Origin: Rhodospirillaceae bacterium
GTDB lineage: Bacteria > Pseudomonadota > Alphaproteobacteria > Rhodospirillales > Magnetospirillaceae
Length of the DNA: 64,000 nt
Assembly: GCA_031546925.1 (NCBI GenBank)
Contig: JAVBJO010000051.1
Coordinates: forward strand, 301 to 64,300
Direction of reading: 5' to 3'
A model generated the notes under the pieces. It did no database searches, was not told the DNA's origin, and was given only the letters and a program-made list of their open reading frames with translations. Below, piece by piece: positions 20,201 through 29,551 of the stretch. The position numbers were made by a program, and so were the translations under genes. Position 1 is the stretch's first letter; the number at the start of each line of letters is the position of its first letter.

Positions 20201-20750
20201 CCGCGCCGACGATCTTCAGCAACGTCTGAAGCGACGGATGACCCTGTTGGCGCAGGAGAAAATTCTTGCCTCCCAAGCGCCGCACGTGCGCGGCAGGATG
20301 GTGGCCGTTCCGAAGCGCCTGCTGACCGCAGGGACGCCGACGTCCGGCTTTTGCGCGGACGCCCAAGCGCGCCAAGCCATCGAACAAGCGGCCATGCAGG
20401 CCGTCCTGAGCACGGAAAGGACACTCGGCAACACGCCGAAGGATGTTTCCGCGAAGAAATGCGGCTACGATATCGAATCCTACGATCCGAAAGCCAAGCA
20501 ATGGCGCTTCATCGAGGTCAAGGGACGCGTCAGCGGGGCCGAGAACGTGATGATCACACGCCAGGAAATCATCACCTCGCTTCATGAGCCGGAAAAATAT
20601 ATCCTCGCCGTGGTGTTGGTTGAGGAGGGTCGAGCGCACGAACCACGCTATATCCGGGGAGCCTTAGACACGCACGAACCCTCCTTCGAGAAAGCGGCCA
20701 TCCAGTTCAAGTTGGGCTGCTTGTTGGAGAAGTCCCGGGAACCCGCTTGA
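17286..20750 (+). CDS. SNF2/RapA-like superfamily-2 helicase fused to a C-terminal PD-(D/E)xK-like (DUF3883-type) domain
   Basis: Helicase motifs LADDPGAGKT (I), ICDEAHR (II), MSATP (III) and QRFGRIHRIGQ (VI). C-terminal segment KKCGYDIESYDPKAKQWRFIEVKGR supplies a D...E.K pattern. Confidence 0.85.
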   Translation: MAALEDIHKGARVHGIVSSQAVQILSMEWVGGLAISVVYRDHKGDTNTATLYREDEPRLEIQSPTQPFDGDGALFRLVTEANRIELAHHFDPYLAIHTSLIDPLPHQISAVYGVMLSRQPLRFLLADDPGAGKTIMAGLLIKELIARSDLERCLIVAPGSLVEQWQDELNDKFDLKFDIFTNDMAENSLSGNPFEDHDHLIVRLDALARNEELQKKLIQSREWDMIICDEAHRMSASYFNGETKYTKRYQLGQKLGQICRHFLLMSATPHSGSEQNFQLFMALLDGDRFDGRFRENADKADMMRRLTKEDLRRFDGSPLFPERYAYTVKYPLSPKEAALYTAVTAYVREEMNRVLRFAAGEDKKRNTVGFALQILQRRLASSPAAIYQSLRRRRERLEKELTEARQSAKGWKPNFPVSENEEEAFDDDQEEIDTLEAEISTGASSSETIEELSKEVDTLKRLEQEAFKVLHAGEDAKWTQLSRILDDDLMLDAEGARRKLIIFTEAKDTLHYLQEKIIARLGKPEAVEVIHGGVSREARRDVIKRFMQDRDLLVLVANDAAGEGVNLQRGHLMVNYDLPWNPNKIEQRFGRIHRIGQTEVCHLWNLVAADTREGEVYGRLLEKLETARKALGGQVFDVLGALFEGIALKDLLIEAIQYGDDPKTKASLFQKVDGAVDQDHLVELLKKRALTNDSMPEARVEELRLEMERAATQRLQPHHIQSFFVEAFQHLGGQMKRREEGRWEITHVPLCLRDRDRQIGFRTPLQPKYERICFEKTHIHQQPVAAFLCPGHPLLKAVLSVIRERYGPLMQQGAILVDKADSSDDVRAIFLLEHSVQDSLRMSTDRPHIVSRRLQFATVDRQGRTANAGIAPHLDLHPATAEERALALTLWNTDWLTDELEKQVEDFATIELARRHITEVRTRRLPEIEKIEQEVRECLTKGINYWDFKAGELKEEERAGKKTRLSWENAQRRADDLQQRLKRRMTLLAQEKILASQAPHVRGRMVAVPKRLLTAGTPTSGFCADAQARQAIEQAAMQAVLSTERTLGNTPKDVSAKKCGYDIESYDPKAKQWRFIEVKGRVSGAENVMITRQEIITSLHEPEKYILAVVLVEEGRAHEPRYIRGALDTHEPSFEKAAIQFKLGCLLEKSREPA

Positions 20751-20793
20751 CCCCCCTCTCCCCCTTCATCTCTTACGAATCGGAAGACGCCTT

Positions 20794-23622
20794 ATGCCCA
20801 AGTTGATCGAAGTCGCCATGCCTCTGGAGGCGATCAATGCGGCGTCGGTACGGGAAAAATCGATCCGGCATGGGCACCCTTCCACCTTGCATCTGTGGTG
20901 GGCACGGCGGCCTTTGGCGGCTTGCCGAGCGGTGTTGTTTGCGCAACTGGTGGATGATCCCTCCAGCCATCCCGACCAGTTTCCCACCGAAGACGCCATC
21001 ATTACCGAGCGGCAACGCCTGTTCGGCATTATCGAAAAGTTGGTGAAGTGGGAAAATTCCACCAACGAGGGGGTGCTGAACGAAGCCCGGGACGAAATCC
21101 GTAAGAGCTGCGGCGAGGTGTTGCCCTCCATCTACGATCCCTTCTCCGGCGGGTGTTCCATCCCCCTGGAGGCGCAACGTTTGGGCTTGCCTGCCTATGG
21201 CTCGGACTTGAATCCGGTGGCGGTGATGATCGGCAAGGCGATGATCGAGATCCCGCCGAAGTTCAAGAACCTTCCTCCCGCCCATCCCGGCATCAAGGAT
21301 CGTAACGAATATCGCAACGCCGAAGGACTGGCCGAGGATGTGCGGTATTATGGGGCGTGGATGCGGGAAAAAGCCTGGGAGCGCATCGGCCACCTCTACC
21401 CCCAGGTCGATCTGCCGCAAGCGCATGGCGGTGGCAAGGGGACGGTCATTGCGTGGATCTGGGCTCGGACCGTCTCAAGTCCCGATCCGGCTTTTGCCGG
21501 GGCACATACGCCTTTGATTAGTTCATTTGTTCTATCTGCTTATGCCGGGAGGGAAGTCATAATTGTTCCTTCTGTGGATAAAAATGAAAAAACAATTCAT
21601 TTTGCGATTAAGGATGGACCTTTCCAGATCTCCGACTTCGAGACAGCTCGTTTAGGCACAATGTCATCTAAAGCGAAGGGATTTTCCTGCCTTTATTCAA
21701 ATTCATCTATTCCTAGAGATTATGTTCGAGATGAAGCTAAGGCGGGGCGGCTCGGACAAAAATTAATAGCAATTGTTGCGGAAGGAAATAATGGCAGAGT
21801 ATATTGCAGCCCATCAGAATTGCACAAGGGGGTTTTAAATCATCTCCAGGATAAAATAAAATTAGAAGAAATTAGAGAGACGATTTTATCTGGAAAAGTC
21901 CCAACAAGAGCAGAGATGACAGGAGGGATTTGCTCAGCATATGGATTGTCAACCTGGGGAGATTTATTCACGGATCGCCAGTTAAATGCTTTATTAACTT
22001 TTTCCGATCTGTTTCCAAAATTACAAAAAACAATCGAAGCAGACGCAACAAAAGCCGGTTGGAGCGATGATGGCTTGGCATTGGCAAGTGGAGGAAAAGG
22101 CGCGCGAGCCTACGCCGAAGCTGTCAGCGTCTATCTCGCCTTCGCGGTAGATCGCCTCGCTGATGCTGGCAGTACTATTTGCACATGGGATTCCAGTCGA
22201 ACCACCGTCCGCAATACTTTTTCACGGCAAGCGATTCCCATGACTTGGGACTTTGCCGAGGGGAACCCTTTTTCCTCCTCTACCGGAAATTGGTCATCGT
22301 GTTGCGAATGGATCTGGAAAGTCATTAATAAATTTAAGCCAGAAGCCACAGGCATTCAGACTCAACAAGATGCTCAAGCTGCAAACTATAAAAAAAGTAT
22401 AGTTATAAGTACAGACCCACCATATTATGATAATATTGCCTATTCAATTCTTTCTGATTTTTTCTATTGCTGGCTTCGTCTTAATCTACGGGCAATTTAT
22501 CCAACTATTTTTGACGTTCTTTCTACACCGAAGACAGAGGAGCTTATCGCGATAGCCTCGCGTCATGGTGGAAAAGAAGGCGCCGAGCAGTTTTTTATTG
22601 AGGGCATGACCCAAGTCATCCGACGGATGGCCGAACATAATCACAATGACTACCCGGCGACGATTTACTACGCCTTCAAACAAAGCGAAATCAAAGACGA
22701 GGGGATCAGTTCGACCGGATGGGCAACCTTTCTTGAGGCGGTGATTTCAGCCGGTTATGCGGTGGTGGGGACATGGCCCATGCGCACGGAAATGGCCAAT
22801 CGTCTGGTGGCCTCGGGAACCAATGCGCTGGCCAATTCGGTCGTCCTGGTCTGCCGCAAGAGAGCCACCACCGCGAAAGCCGCCTCGCGCGCCGAATTCA
22901 TCCGTGCCCTGAAGGCGGAGTTGCCCAAGGCGATTGCCGCTCTTCAGGCGGCCAACATCGCCCCGGCGGACATGCCGCAATCGGCCATTGGTCCGGGCAT
23001 TGGGGTGTTCTCGCGCTATAAGGTCGTGTTGGAATCCGGCGATCATCCCATGTCGGTGAAAACGGCGCTCCAACTGATCAACCACGAACTGGACGACTAT
23101 CTGGGGGGCATTGAAGGCGAATTCGACGCCGATACCCGCTTCGCCATTACCTGGTTCGCGCAAAACGGCATGGAGGGCGGGGAATACGGGAAAGCCAACT
23201 CCATCGCTCAGGCGCGGGGCATTTCGGTTGAAAGCGTCAAACATGCGGGTATCGTGGCGAGCGTGGCCGGTCAGGTGCGCATCCTGCGACGCGAGGAGCT
23301 GGCGGCCCAATGGGACCCCGAGCAGGAAGGGCATCTGACCGTCTGGTTGTGCTGTCAACATCTGGTGCGAAGTCACGAGAAAGAGGGCGTGTCGCGCACC
23401 ACGCTCCACCTGCTCCGCCACATCGGCGATAAGGCGGAGGCGGTGAAAGACCTGGCCTATTGCCTCTATGATATCAGTGCCAACAAACGGCAAGATTCCA
23501 AGGAAGCGCTGGCTTACAATGCCCTGATTGCCGATTGGTCCGAGCTGCTCCGGGAAGCGGCGAAACACGAAGAAACGCCAAAAGAACAATTCACCTTAGG
23601 TCTGGGGGGAAGCACATCATGA
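20794..23622 (+). CDS. DUF1156-type DNA methyltransferase (N6-adenine/N4-cytosine class)
   Basis: N-terminus MPKLIEVAMPLEAINAASVREKSIRHGHPSTLHLWWARRPLAACRAV is the DUF1156 signature. SAM motif DPFSGGCSIP starts at 21136 and catalytic TDPPYYDN has DPPY at 22414-22425, about 420 aa apart. Confidence 0.85.
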   Translation: MPKLIEVAMPLEAINAASVREKSIRHGHPSTLHLWWARRPLAACRAVLFAQLVDDPSSHPDQFPTEDAIITERQRLFGIIEKLVKWENSTNEGVLNEARDEIRKSCGEVLPSIYDPFSGGCSIPLEAQRLGLPAYGSDLNPVAVMIGKAMIEIPPKFKNLPPAHPGIKDRNEYRNAEGLAEDVRYYGAWMREKAWERIGHLYPQVDLPQAHGGGKGTVIAWIWARTVSSPDPAFAGAHTPLISSFVLSAYAGREVIIVPSVDKNEKTIHFAIKDGPFQISDFETARLGTMSSKAKGFSCLYSNSSIPRDYVRDEAKAGRLGQKLIAIVAEGNNGRVYCSPSELHKGVLNHLQDKIKLEEIRETILSGKVPTRAEMTGGICSAYGLSTWGDLFTDRQLNALLTFSDLFPKLQKTIEADATKAGWSDDGLALASGGKGARAYAEAVSVYLAFAVDRLADAGSTICTWDSSRTTVRNTFSRQAIPMTWDFAEGNPFSSSTGNWSSCCEWIWKVINKFKPEATGIQTQQDAQAANYKKSIVISTDPPYYDNIAYSILSDFFYCWLRLNLRAIYPTIFDVLSTPKTEELIAIASRHGGKEGAEQFFIEGMTQVIRRMAEHNHNDYPATIYYAFKQSEIKDEGISSTGWATFLEAVISAGYAVVGTWPMRTEMANRLVASGTNALANSVVLVCRKRATTAKAASRAEFIRALKAELPKAIAALQAANIAPADMPQSAIGPGIGVFSRYKVVLESGDHPMSVKTALQLINHELDDYLGGIEGEFDADTRFAITWFAQNGMEGGEYGKANSIAQARGISVESVKHAGIVASVAGQVRILRREELAAQWDPEQEGHLTVWLCCQHLVRSHEKEGVSRTTLHLLRHIGDKAEAVKDLAYCLYDISANKRQDSKEALAYNALIADWSELLREAAKHEETPKEQFTLGLGGSTS

Positions 23623-26600
23623 GCAAGAGCATGCGCCAGTTCGTTTTCGAAGGCATGGAGCTTTTGCCCGATGCCTTGGCTCCCTTTGTCGAAAAACGGC
23701 TGGAAAGCGCCCTTCCCGCGCCTTGGCAGCTCCAAGCCGCCGAGAAGCTCAACTTGCGCCCCAACAGCCAGGGACTCATCACCTGGGATCAGGCCTCGCT
23801 TTTGGGGGCCATGGATCGCTTTTGGGCGGAAGCCTTCAAGGGTGCCCTGGGGAAAACAGAACGCTCCTGGGTCAACGAGCTGGCCGATGTTCGCAACAAG
23901 TTAGCCCACAACGAGCAATTCACCTACGATACGGCGGAGCGTGCCCTGGATACCCTGCGGCGTTTGATGGATTCCATCAGCGCGGAGGACACCGCAGAAC
24001 GCCTGACCAAGATGCGCGACACGATTTTGCGCACGAAGTTCACCGAACTTCAGCGCAATGAAGAGCGGAAAAAGACGCAGCGTGTTGAGATTTCGGTGGA
24101 ATCGCACATAATGGGCCTGTTGTCTTGGCGCGAAGTGGTCGAACCTTACCACGATGTCGCCAACGGCACGGCGCAACTGGCGGAATTTGCCGCCGACTTG
24201 GGCAAGGTTCATAAAGGCAGCGCCGCATCGGAATACCGCAACCCACAGGAATTTTTCGCGCGCACCTATTTGACCGAGGGCCTCAGTCAGTTGTTGGTCA
24301 ATGCCGCCAAGCGGTTGACCGACACGGGTGGGGATTCGGTGGTGGAACTCCAGACCAACTTCGGGGGTGGCAAGACTCACTCCATGTTGGCGCTCTATCA
24401 CATGGCGGGCCACGCCTCGGCCCAAGATCTCCCCGGACTGGACCAGTTGCTGAGCGAGCGCGAAGTGACCCTGCCCGCCAAGGTCAATCGGGCGGTGCTG
24501 GTGGGAACGGCACGGGGGCCGCTGGATGTCTTGACCATCCCCAACGGTCCCCAAATTCGCACCACCTGGGGCGAACTGGCTTGGCAATTGGGCGGAGCCG
24601 AAGCTTTCGCCTTGATCGCCGAAAATGACGCCAAGGGGATTGCACCCGGATCCAATCTTCTGGAGACCCTTTTCCGGCAATGTGCCCCCTGCCTGATCCT
24701 GATCGACGAGTGGGTGGCCTATTTGCGGCAAATCTACAAGATCGACGGGCTGCCTTCGGGCTCCTTCGACGCCAACTTGTCTTTCGTTCAGTCCCTGACC
24801 GAGGCGGTCAAGGCCAGTCCGGGAACCTTGCTTGTCGCCTCCCTCCCCGCCTCGCAAATCGAGGTCGGCGGCGAAGGGGGGCAAGAGGCGCTGGCTCGCT
24901 TGAAACAGACCTTTGCCCGCGTCGAAACCTCGTGGCGTCCCGCCAGCCAAGAGGAAAGCTACGAAATCGTCCGCCGTCGCCTGTTCAAGACCATCTCCGG
25001 CGACAAGGCGCACCACAAGGACAATACCGTCAAGCAATTCGCGCGACTCTACAAAGACAACGCGAGCGACTTCCCCCCCGGCTCCGCCGATGAGGATTAT
25101 CGTCGCAAGATGGATCGCGCCTATCCCATCCATCCCGAATTGTTCGATCAGCTTTACACCGGCTGGGGATCGTTAGAGAAGTTTCAACGCACGCGCGGCG
25201 TTCTCCGGCTGATGGCCCAAGTGGTTCACGAGCTGTGGATGGGGCACGATCCCGCCGTCATGATCATGCCGGGAAGCGTCGCCATCGCTTCCGAGCGCGT
25301 CGGGCCAGAGTTACTACATTACCTTGAAGGCAGTTGGCAGTCGATCATTTCGGGCGATGTGGATGGGTTCGGCTCGACGCCGTACAAAATCGACCAAGGT
25401 GCCCCCAACCTCAACCGCTGTTTTGCCACGCGGCGTATTGCACGCGCCATCTTCATGGGGACCGCCCCCACCTATCAGCAGAAGAACAAAGGTCTCGACG
25501 ATAAGCAGATCAACTTGGGAGTCGTGCAGCCCGGAGAACAACCCGCCCTGTTCGACGACGCCCTACGCCGCTTGACCAGTCAAGCCAAGTTCATGCACGC
25601 CGATCATGGACGGTATTGGTATTCCATGGCCGCGAGTCTCAACCGTCTGGCCGCAGATCGGGCGGATCAGCTGCAAGACGACGATGTGATGTTGATGATC
25701 AATGTGGAGCTTAAAAGCTACATTCATGGTCTCAAGGACCGGGGGCATTTCGAGACCGTTCAAGTGGCTTCGACCTCTTCCGCCGATATTCCCGACGAGA
25801 AAGGCATTCGCGCCGTCATCCTGAGAGTGGCGAACCCTCATAATGGCCGCGAGGGGTCGGAGGCCATGGCGCAGGCGAGAGACATTTTGCTCCATCGGGG
25901 CAGTGCGCCGCGCGTCTATCGCAATACGCTGGTGTTTCTCGCCGCAGACGCCCGTCAGCTCGACAATCTAAAGCGAATCACCCGATCCTGGATGGCTTGG
26001 GTGCACATCGTTGAAAATACCGCTCGGCTTGACCTCACCCAGAGCGACACCCTGCTCGCCAAGAAGAAGCTGGAGGAAACGGCGAAGACCCTGAAGACCT
26101 GTTTACACGAAACATGGTGCTACCTCCTCTATCCCGAGCAAGAAGACGCCAGGATCGAAGCGCAGTGGTCTTCTGTCAAAATCACCTCTCTTCAGGAAGG
26201 CTTGCTCGTATCCGCCAGTAAGATGCTGGTGAAAAATGAGAAATTATTGCTGGAATTAGGACCGCAACGTCTTGATCTCGATTTGCAAAAGTACATCTGG
26301 CATGGAAAACCCCATCTTTCCCTGAAGGATCTGTGGGAGCATCTCAACCGCTTCCCCTATCTGCCTCGGCTCAAAAGCCAAGACGTGTTGGTGAAAGGAG
26401 TTCACCTCGCCATCAGCGGCATGATCCCCGGTCCCTTCGCTTATGCCGAAGGCTGGGACGAAAAATCCCAGAGCTATCAGGGCTTGGTGGTTGAAAAAGC
26501 CTCTGAGACCGTCGTGGTGCGCATCGATGACAACAGCGTTATCGTTGCCCCCGAGAGCGCAGAGGCCCATCGCCCCCGCCCCGCCTCGGCCGCCGATCGG

Positions 26601-26918
26601 CCTGGTGGAGAAACCTCATCGGGCGATGGAGTATCTCCGGCAGGGGCAACCATCGATAAGGTTACCGGGGCAACGCTCCAAGAGCGGAAACTGACCCGCT
26701 TCCGGGGAACCGTCATGATTCCAGCGGAACGACCGGCGGGAAAATTCCAGCAGATCATCGAAGCCATCGTTGCTCAACTCACCACCCTTCCCGGCAGTGA
26801 AGTCAGCTTGAAATTTGAAATCGACGCCGAAGTTCCTGGCGGTCTTGATCCTGCCAAAGTGCGGACCTTGATGGAAAACGCGAATACCCTCAATTTTATC
26901 GACAAAAAGATCGATTGA
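23619..26918 (+). CDS. HEPN (Rx4H) plus DUF499-type P-loop ATPase (BrxC/PglY-like ATPase family)
   Basis: ATG 23619 overlaps the methylase stop (ATGA). RNKLAH motif at 23892-23909, Walker A FGGGKTHS (GKT at 24369-24377), and Walker B CLILIDEW. Confidence 0.8.
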   Translation: MSKSMRQFVFEGMELLPDALAPFVEKRLESALPAPWQLQAAEKLNLRPNSQGLITWDQASLLGAMDRFWAEAFKGALGKTERSWVNELADVRNKLAHNEQFTYDTAERALDTLRRLMDSISAEDTAERLTKMRDTILRTKFTELQRNEERKKTQRVEISVESHIMGLLSWREVVEPYHDVANGTAQLAEFAADLGKVHKGSAASEYRNPQEFFARTYLTEGLSQLLVNAAKRLTDTGGDSVVELQTNFGGGKTHSMLALYHMAGHASAQDLPGLDQLLSEREVTLPAKVNRAVLVGTARGPLDVLTIPNGPQIRTTWGELAWQLGGAEAFALIAENDAKGIAPGSNLLETLFRQCAPCLILIDEWVAYLRQIYKIDGLPSGSFDANLSFVQSLTEAVKASPGTLLVASLPASQIEVGGEGGQEALARLKQTFARVETSWRPASQEESYEIVRRRLFKTISGDKAHHKDNTVKQFARLYKDNASDFPPGSADEDYRRKMDRAYPIHPELFDQLYTGWGSLEKFQRTRGVLRLMAQVVHELWMGHDPAVMIMPGSVAIASERVGPELLHYLEGSWQSIISGDVDGFGSTPYKIDQGAPNLNRCFATRRIARAIFMGTAPTYQQKNKGLDDKQINLGVVQPGEQPALFDDALRRLTSQAKFMHADHGRYWYSMAASLNRLAADRADQLQDDDVMLMINVELKSYIHGLKDRGHFETVQVASTSSADIPDEKGIRAVILRVANPHNGREGSEAMAQARDILLHRGSAPRVYRNTLVFLAADARQLDNLKRITRSWMAWVHIVENTARLDLTQSDTLLAKKKLEETAKTLKTCLHETWCYLLYPEQEDARIEAQWSSVKITSLQEGLLVSASKMLVKNEKLLLELGPQRLDLDLQKYIWHGKPHLSLKDLWEHLNRFPYLPRLKSQDVLVKGVHLAISGMIPGPFAYAEGWDEKSQSYQGLVVEKASETVVVRIDDNSVIVAPESAEAHRPRPASAADRPGGETSSGDGVSPAGATIDKVTGATLQERKLTRFRGTVMIPAERPAGKFQQIIEAIVAQLTTLPGSEVSLKFEIDAEVPGGLDPAKVRTLMENANTLNFIDKKID

Positions 26919-27014
26919 AGCCGAACCTGGGGGGTAAGCGGAGAGGCTGCCCCCTCCGTTCGAGGGTGACGCAACCCTTGACCCAAAAGTCCGCTCTCAG
27001 GTACAAATGGGGAT

Positions 27015-27358
27015 ATGCATGAGCTATCCCTTACGGAAGGTGTCCTCCGTACCCTTGAAGAGCTGGCGAGCACACAAGGGTTTTCCTCGGTCAAGACCAT
27101 CTGGTTGGAGATTGGCGATCTGTCTCAGGTCGCGCCAGAGGCGATGCTGTTCTGCTTCGAGGCCATCGCCAAGACCAGTCCGCTGACCGCCGGAGCCACC
27201 TTAGAAATCATCCGCATCCCCGGTCGTGCCCTCTGCCCCCTGTGCGAGGTCATCGTCGAGGTCGCTCATCGGGTCGAGCTGTGTCCCTGTTGCAAGGAAA
27301 ACGTCCTCTCCGTCATTGGCGGAGAGGAGATGCGGATCAAAGAATTGGAGGTCGAGTG

Positions 27359-27359
<1 letters not shown>
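27015..27359 (+). CDS. hypA: hydrogenase nickel insertion protein HypA
   Basis: [11 protein letters not shown] start, with Zn-site CPLC...CPCC. Confidence 0.9.
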
Positions 27360-28224
<865 letters not shown>

Positions 28225-28228
<4 letters not shown>

Positions 28229-29313
28229 GAGCATCTTCACGGATTGCCCAGGAGATTCGTTTGCCTCGGTCTGGTCCCTCGGGACTGGCGGTGGGGGCTT
28301 TCCTTAAGAATACCGTTTGCGTGACCAAGGGTGACGTGGCGTTGGTCTCGGTCGGGCACGACGACTTGAGCGATCCCGCAGCAGTGGCCGCTTTCGAGAC
28401 CTCGGTGGAGGCCTTGGTGGAGGCCGCCGACGTCACCCCCACCTGGGTGGCCCATGATCTCCATCCAGATTTTGCCAGCACGCGCTTTGCTTTGGGGCTG
28501 GATGTCCCCCCCGTGCCGGTTCAGCACCACCACGCCCATGCCGCAGCCATCGCCGCCGAGCACGGGTATGACGGCGCCTTGCTGGGCTTGAGCCTCGACG
28601 GCTTTGGTCTGGGAGAGGAACGGCAATCGTGGGGTGGGGAATTGCTCGCCTGTAGCGCCGAGGGGCGTTTCCGGCGGTTGGGTCATCTGGCCCTGCTCCC
28701 TCAACCGGGTGGCGATGTGGCCGCGCGCGAGCCGTGGCGCATGGCCGCTGCCGTTCTCCATGTTTTGGGGCGAGGCGATGAAATTGCCACGCGCTGGCCC
28801 GCCTTTCCCGCATCAAGACGGCTGGGGGTCCTCTTGGAGCAGAAGGTGAATGCGCCGCTGACCTCCTCGGCGGGGCGGCTGTTTGATGCGGCTTGCGGCC
28901 TGCTCGACGTGGTCCCCGTGAGCCAGATGGAGGGGCAAGCCCCCCAGGCCCTGGAAAAGCAGGTGACAGCGCCCACCGTCCTCCCCGGAGGGTGGACCTT
29001 CGACTGCGGCGTGCTGAGCTTCCTCCCCCTGTTGACTCACCTGGCCGATCATCCCGAAGACGGGGCCAATCTGTTTCACGGCACCCTGATAGCCGGGCTG
29101 ACCCAGTGGTGCGCCTGGGGCGCTCAACAAACCGGACTTTCGACCATCGCCTTGGGGGGTGGCTGTTTCTTCAATCGCGTTCTCAGCGCGGGAATGACAG
29201 AGGCGCTGCCGCAGCAGGGCTTACGTCCGCTGTGCGCCGTGAAGCTGTCTCCCGGAGACGCCGCGCTGTCGTTGGGCCAGGCGTGGGTGGCCGTACAACG
29301 CGCCTTATCATGA
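28225..29313 (+). CDS. hypF: truncated HypF-like carbamoyltransferase (Kae1-like C-terminal domain only)
   Basis: The 362-aa protein begins MRASSR with an ATGA overlap on hypB. It contains [10 protein letters not shown] and [16 protein letters not shown] see no acylphosphatase, Zn-finger or YrdC-like segment upstream. Confidence 0.75.
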
Positions 29314-29329
29314 AAGGGTTATCGTCTCC

Positions 29330-29551
29330 ATGTGTCATGCTCTGCCCGCCCAAATCCTGGAGCTTCTTCCCGACCAACAAGCGAGGGTTCAGTTGGGCGG
29401 TGTGTCCAAGGTGGTGTCCCTCGCCATGGTCGAAGATGCCGCGCCGGGAGATTACGTGCTGATTCACGTGGGCTTCGCCTTGGTGCGTCTGGATCCCGAG
29501 GAAGCCGAAAAAACCCTGGCGTTGTTTGCCCAGGCGGATGCCACCCCATGA
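29330..29551 (+). CDS. hypC: hydrogenase assembly chaperone HypC
   Basis: N-terminal MC(H)ALPAQI, with the essential Cys2; 73 aa. Confidence 0.9.
   Translation: MCHALPAQILELLPDQQARVQLGGVSKVVSLAMVEDAAPGDYVLIHVGFALVRLDPEEAEKTLALFAQADATP

Noticed and set aside
17286-26918. Assignment of the three-gene module to BREX, DISARM or type I R-M
   Set aside because: No PglZ/BrxL/BrxA-B genes are present (BREX). No DrmB (DUF1998) or DrmC (PLD) genes are present (DISARM). No HsdS-like specificity subunit or HsdR-type layout is present. Only the DUF499-type ATPase is shared with BREX.
16968-27100. Search for an integrase or a duplicated tRNA 3' end that would define a classical integrative island
   Set aside because: No recombinase-like ORF and no convincing repeat of the tRNA 3' half were found by eye. 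The island boundaries therefore remain inferred from gene content only.
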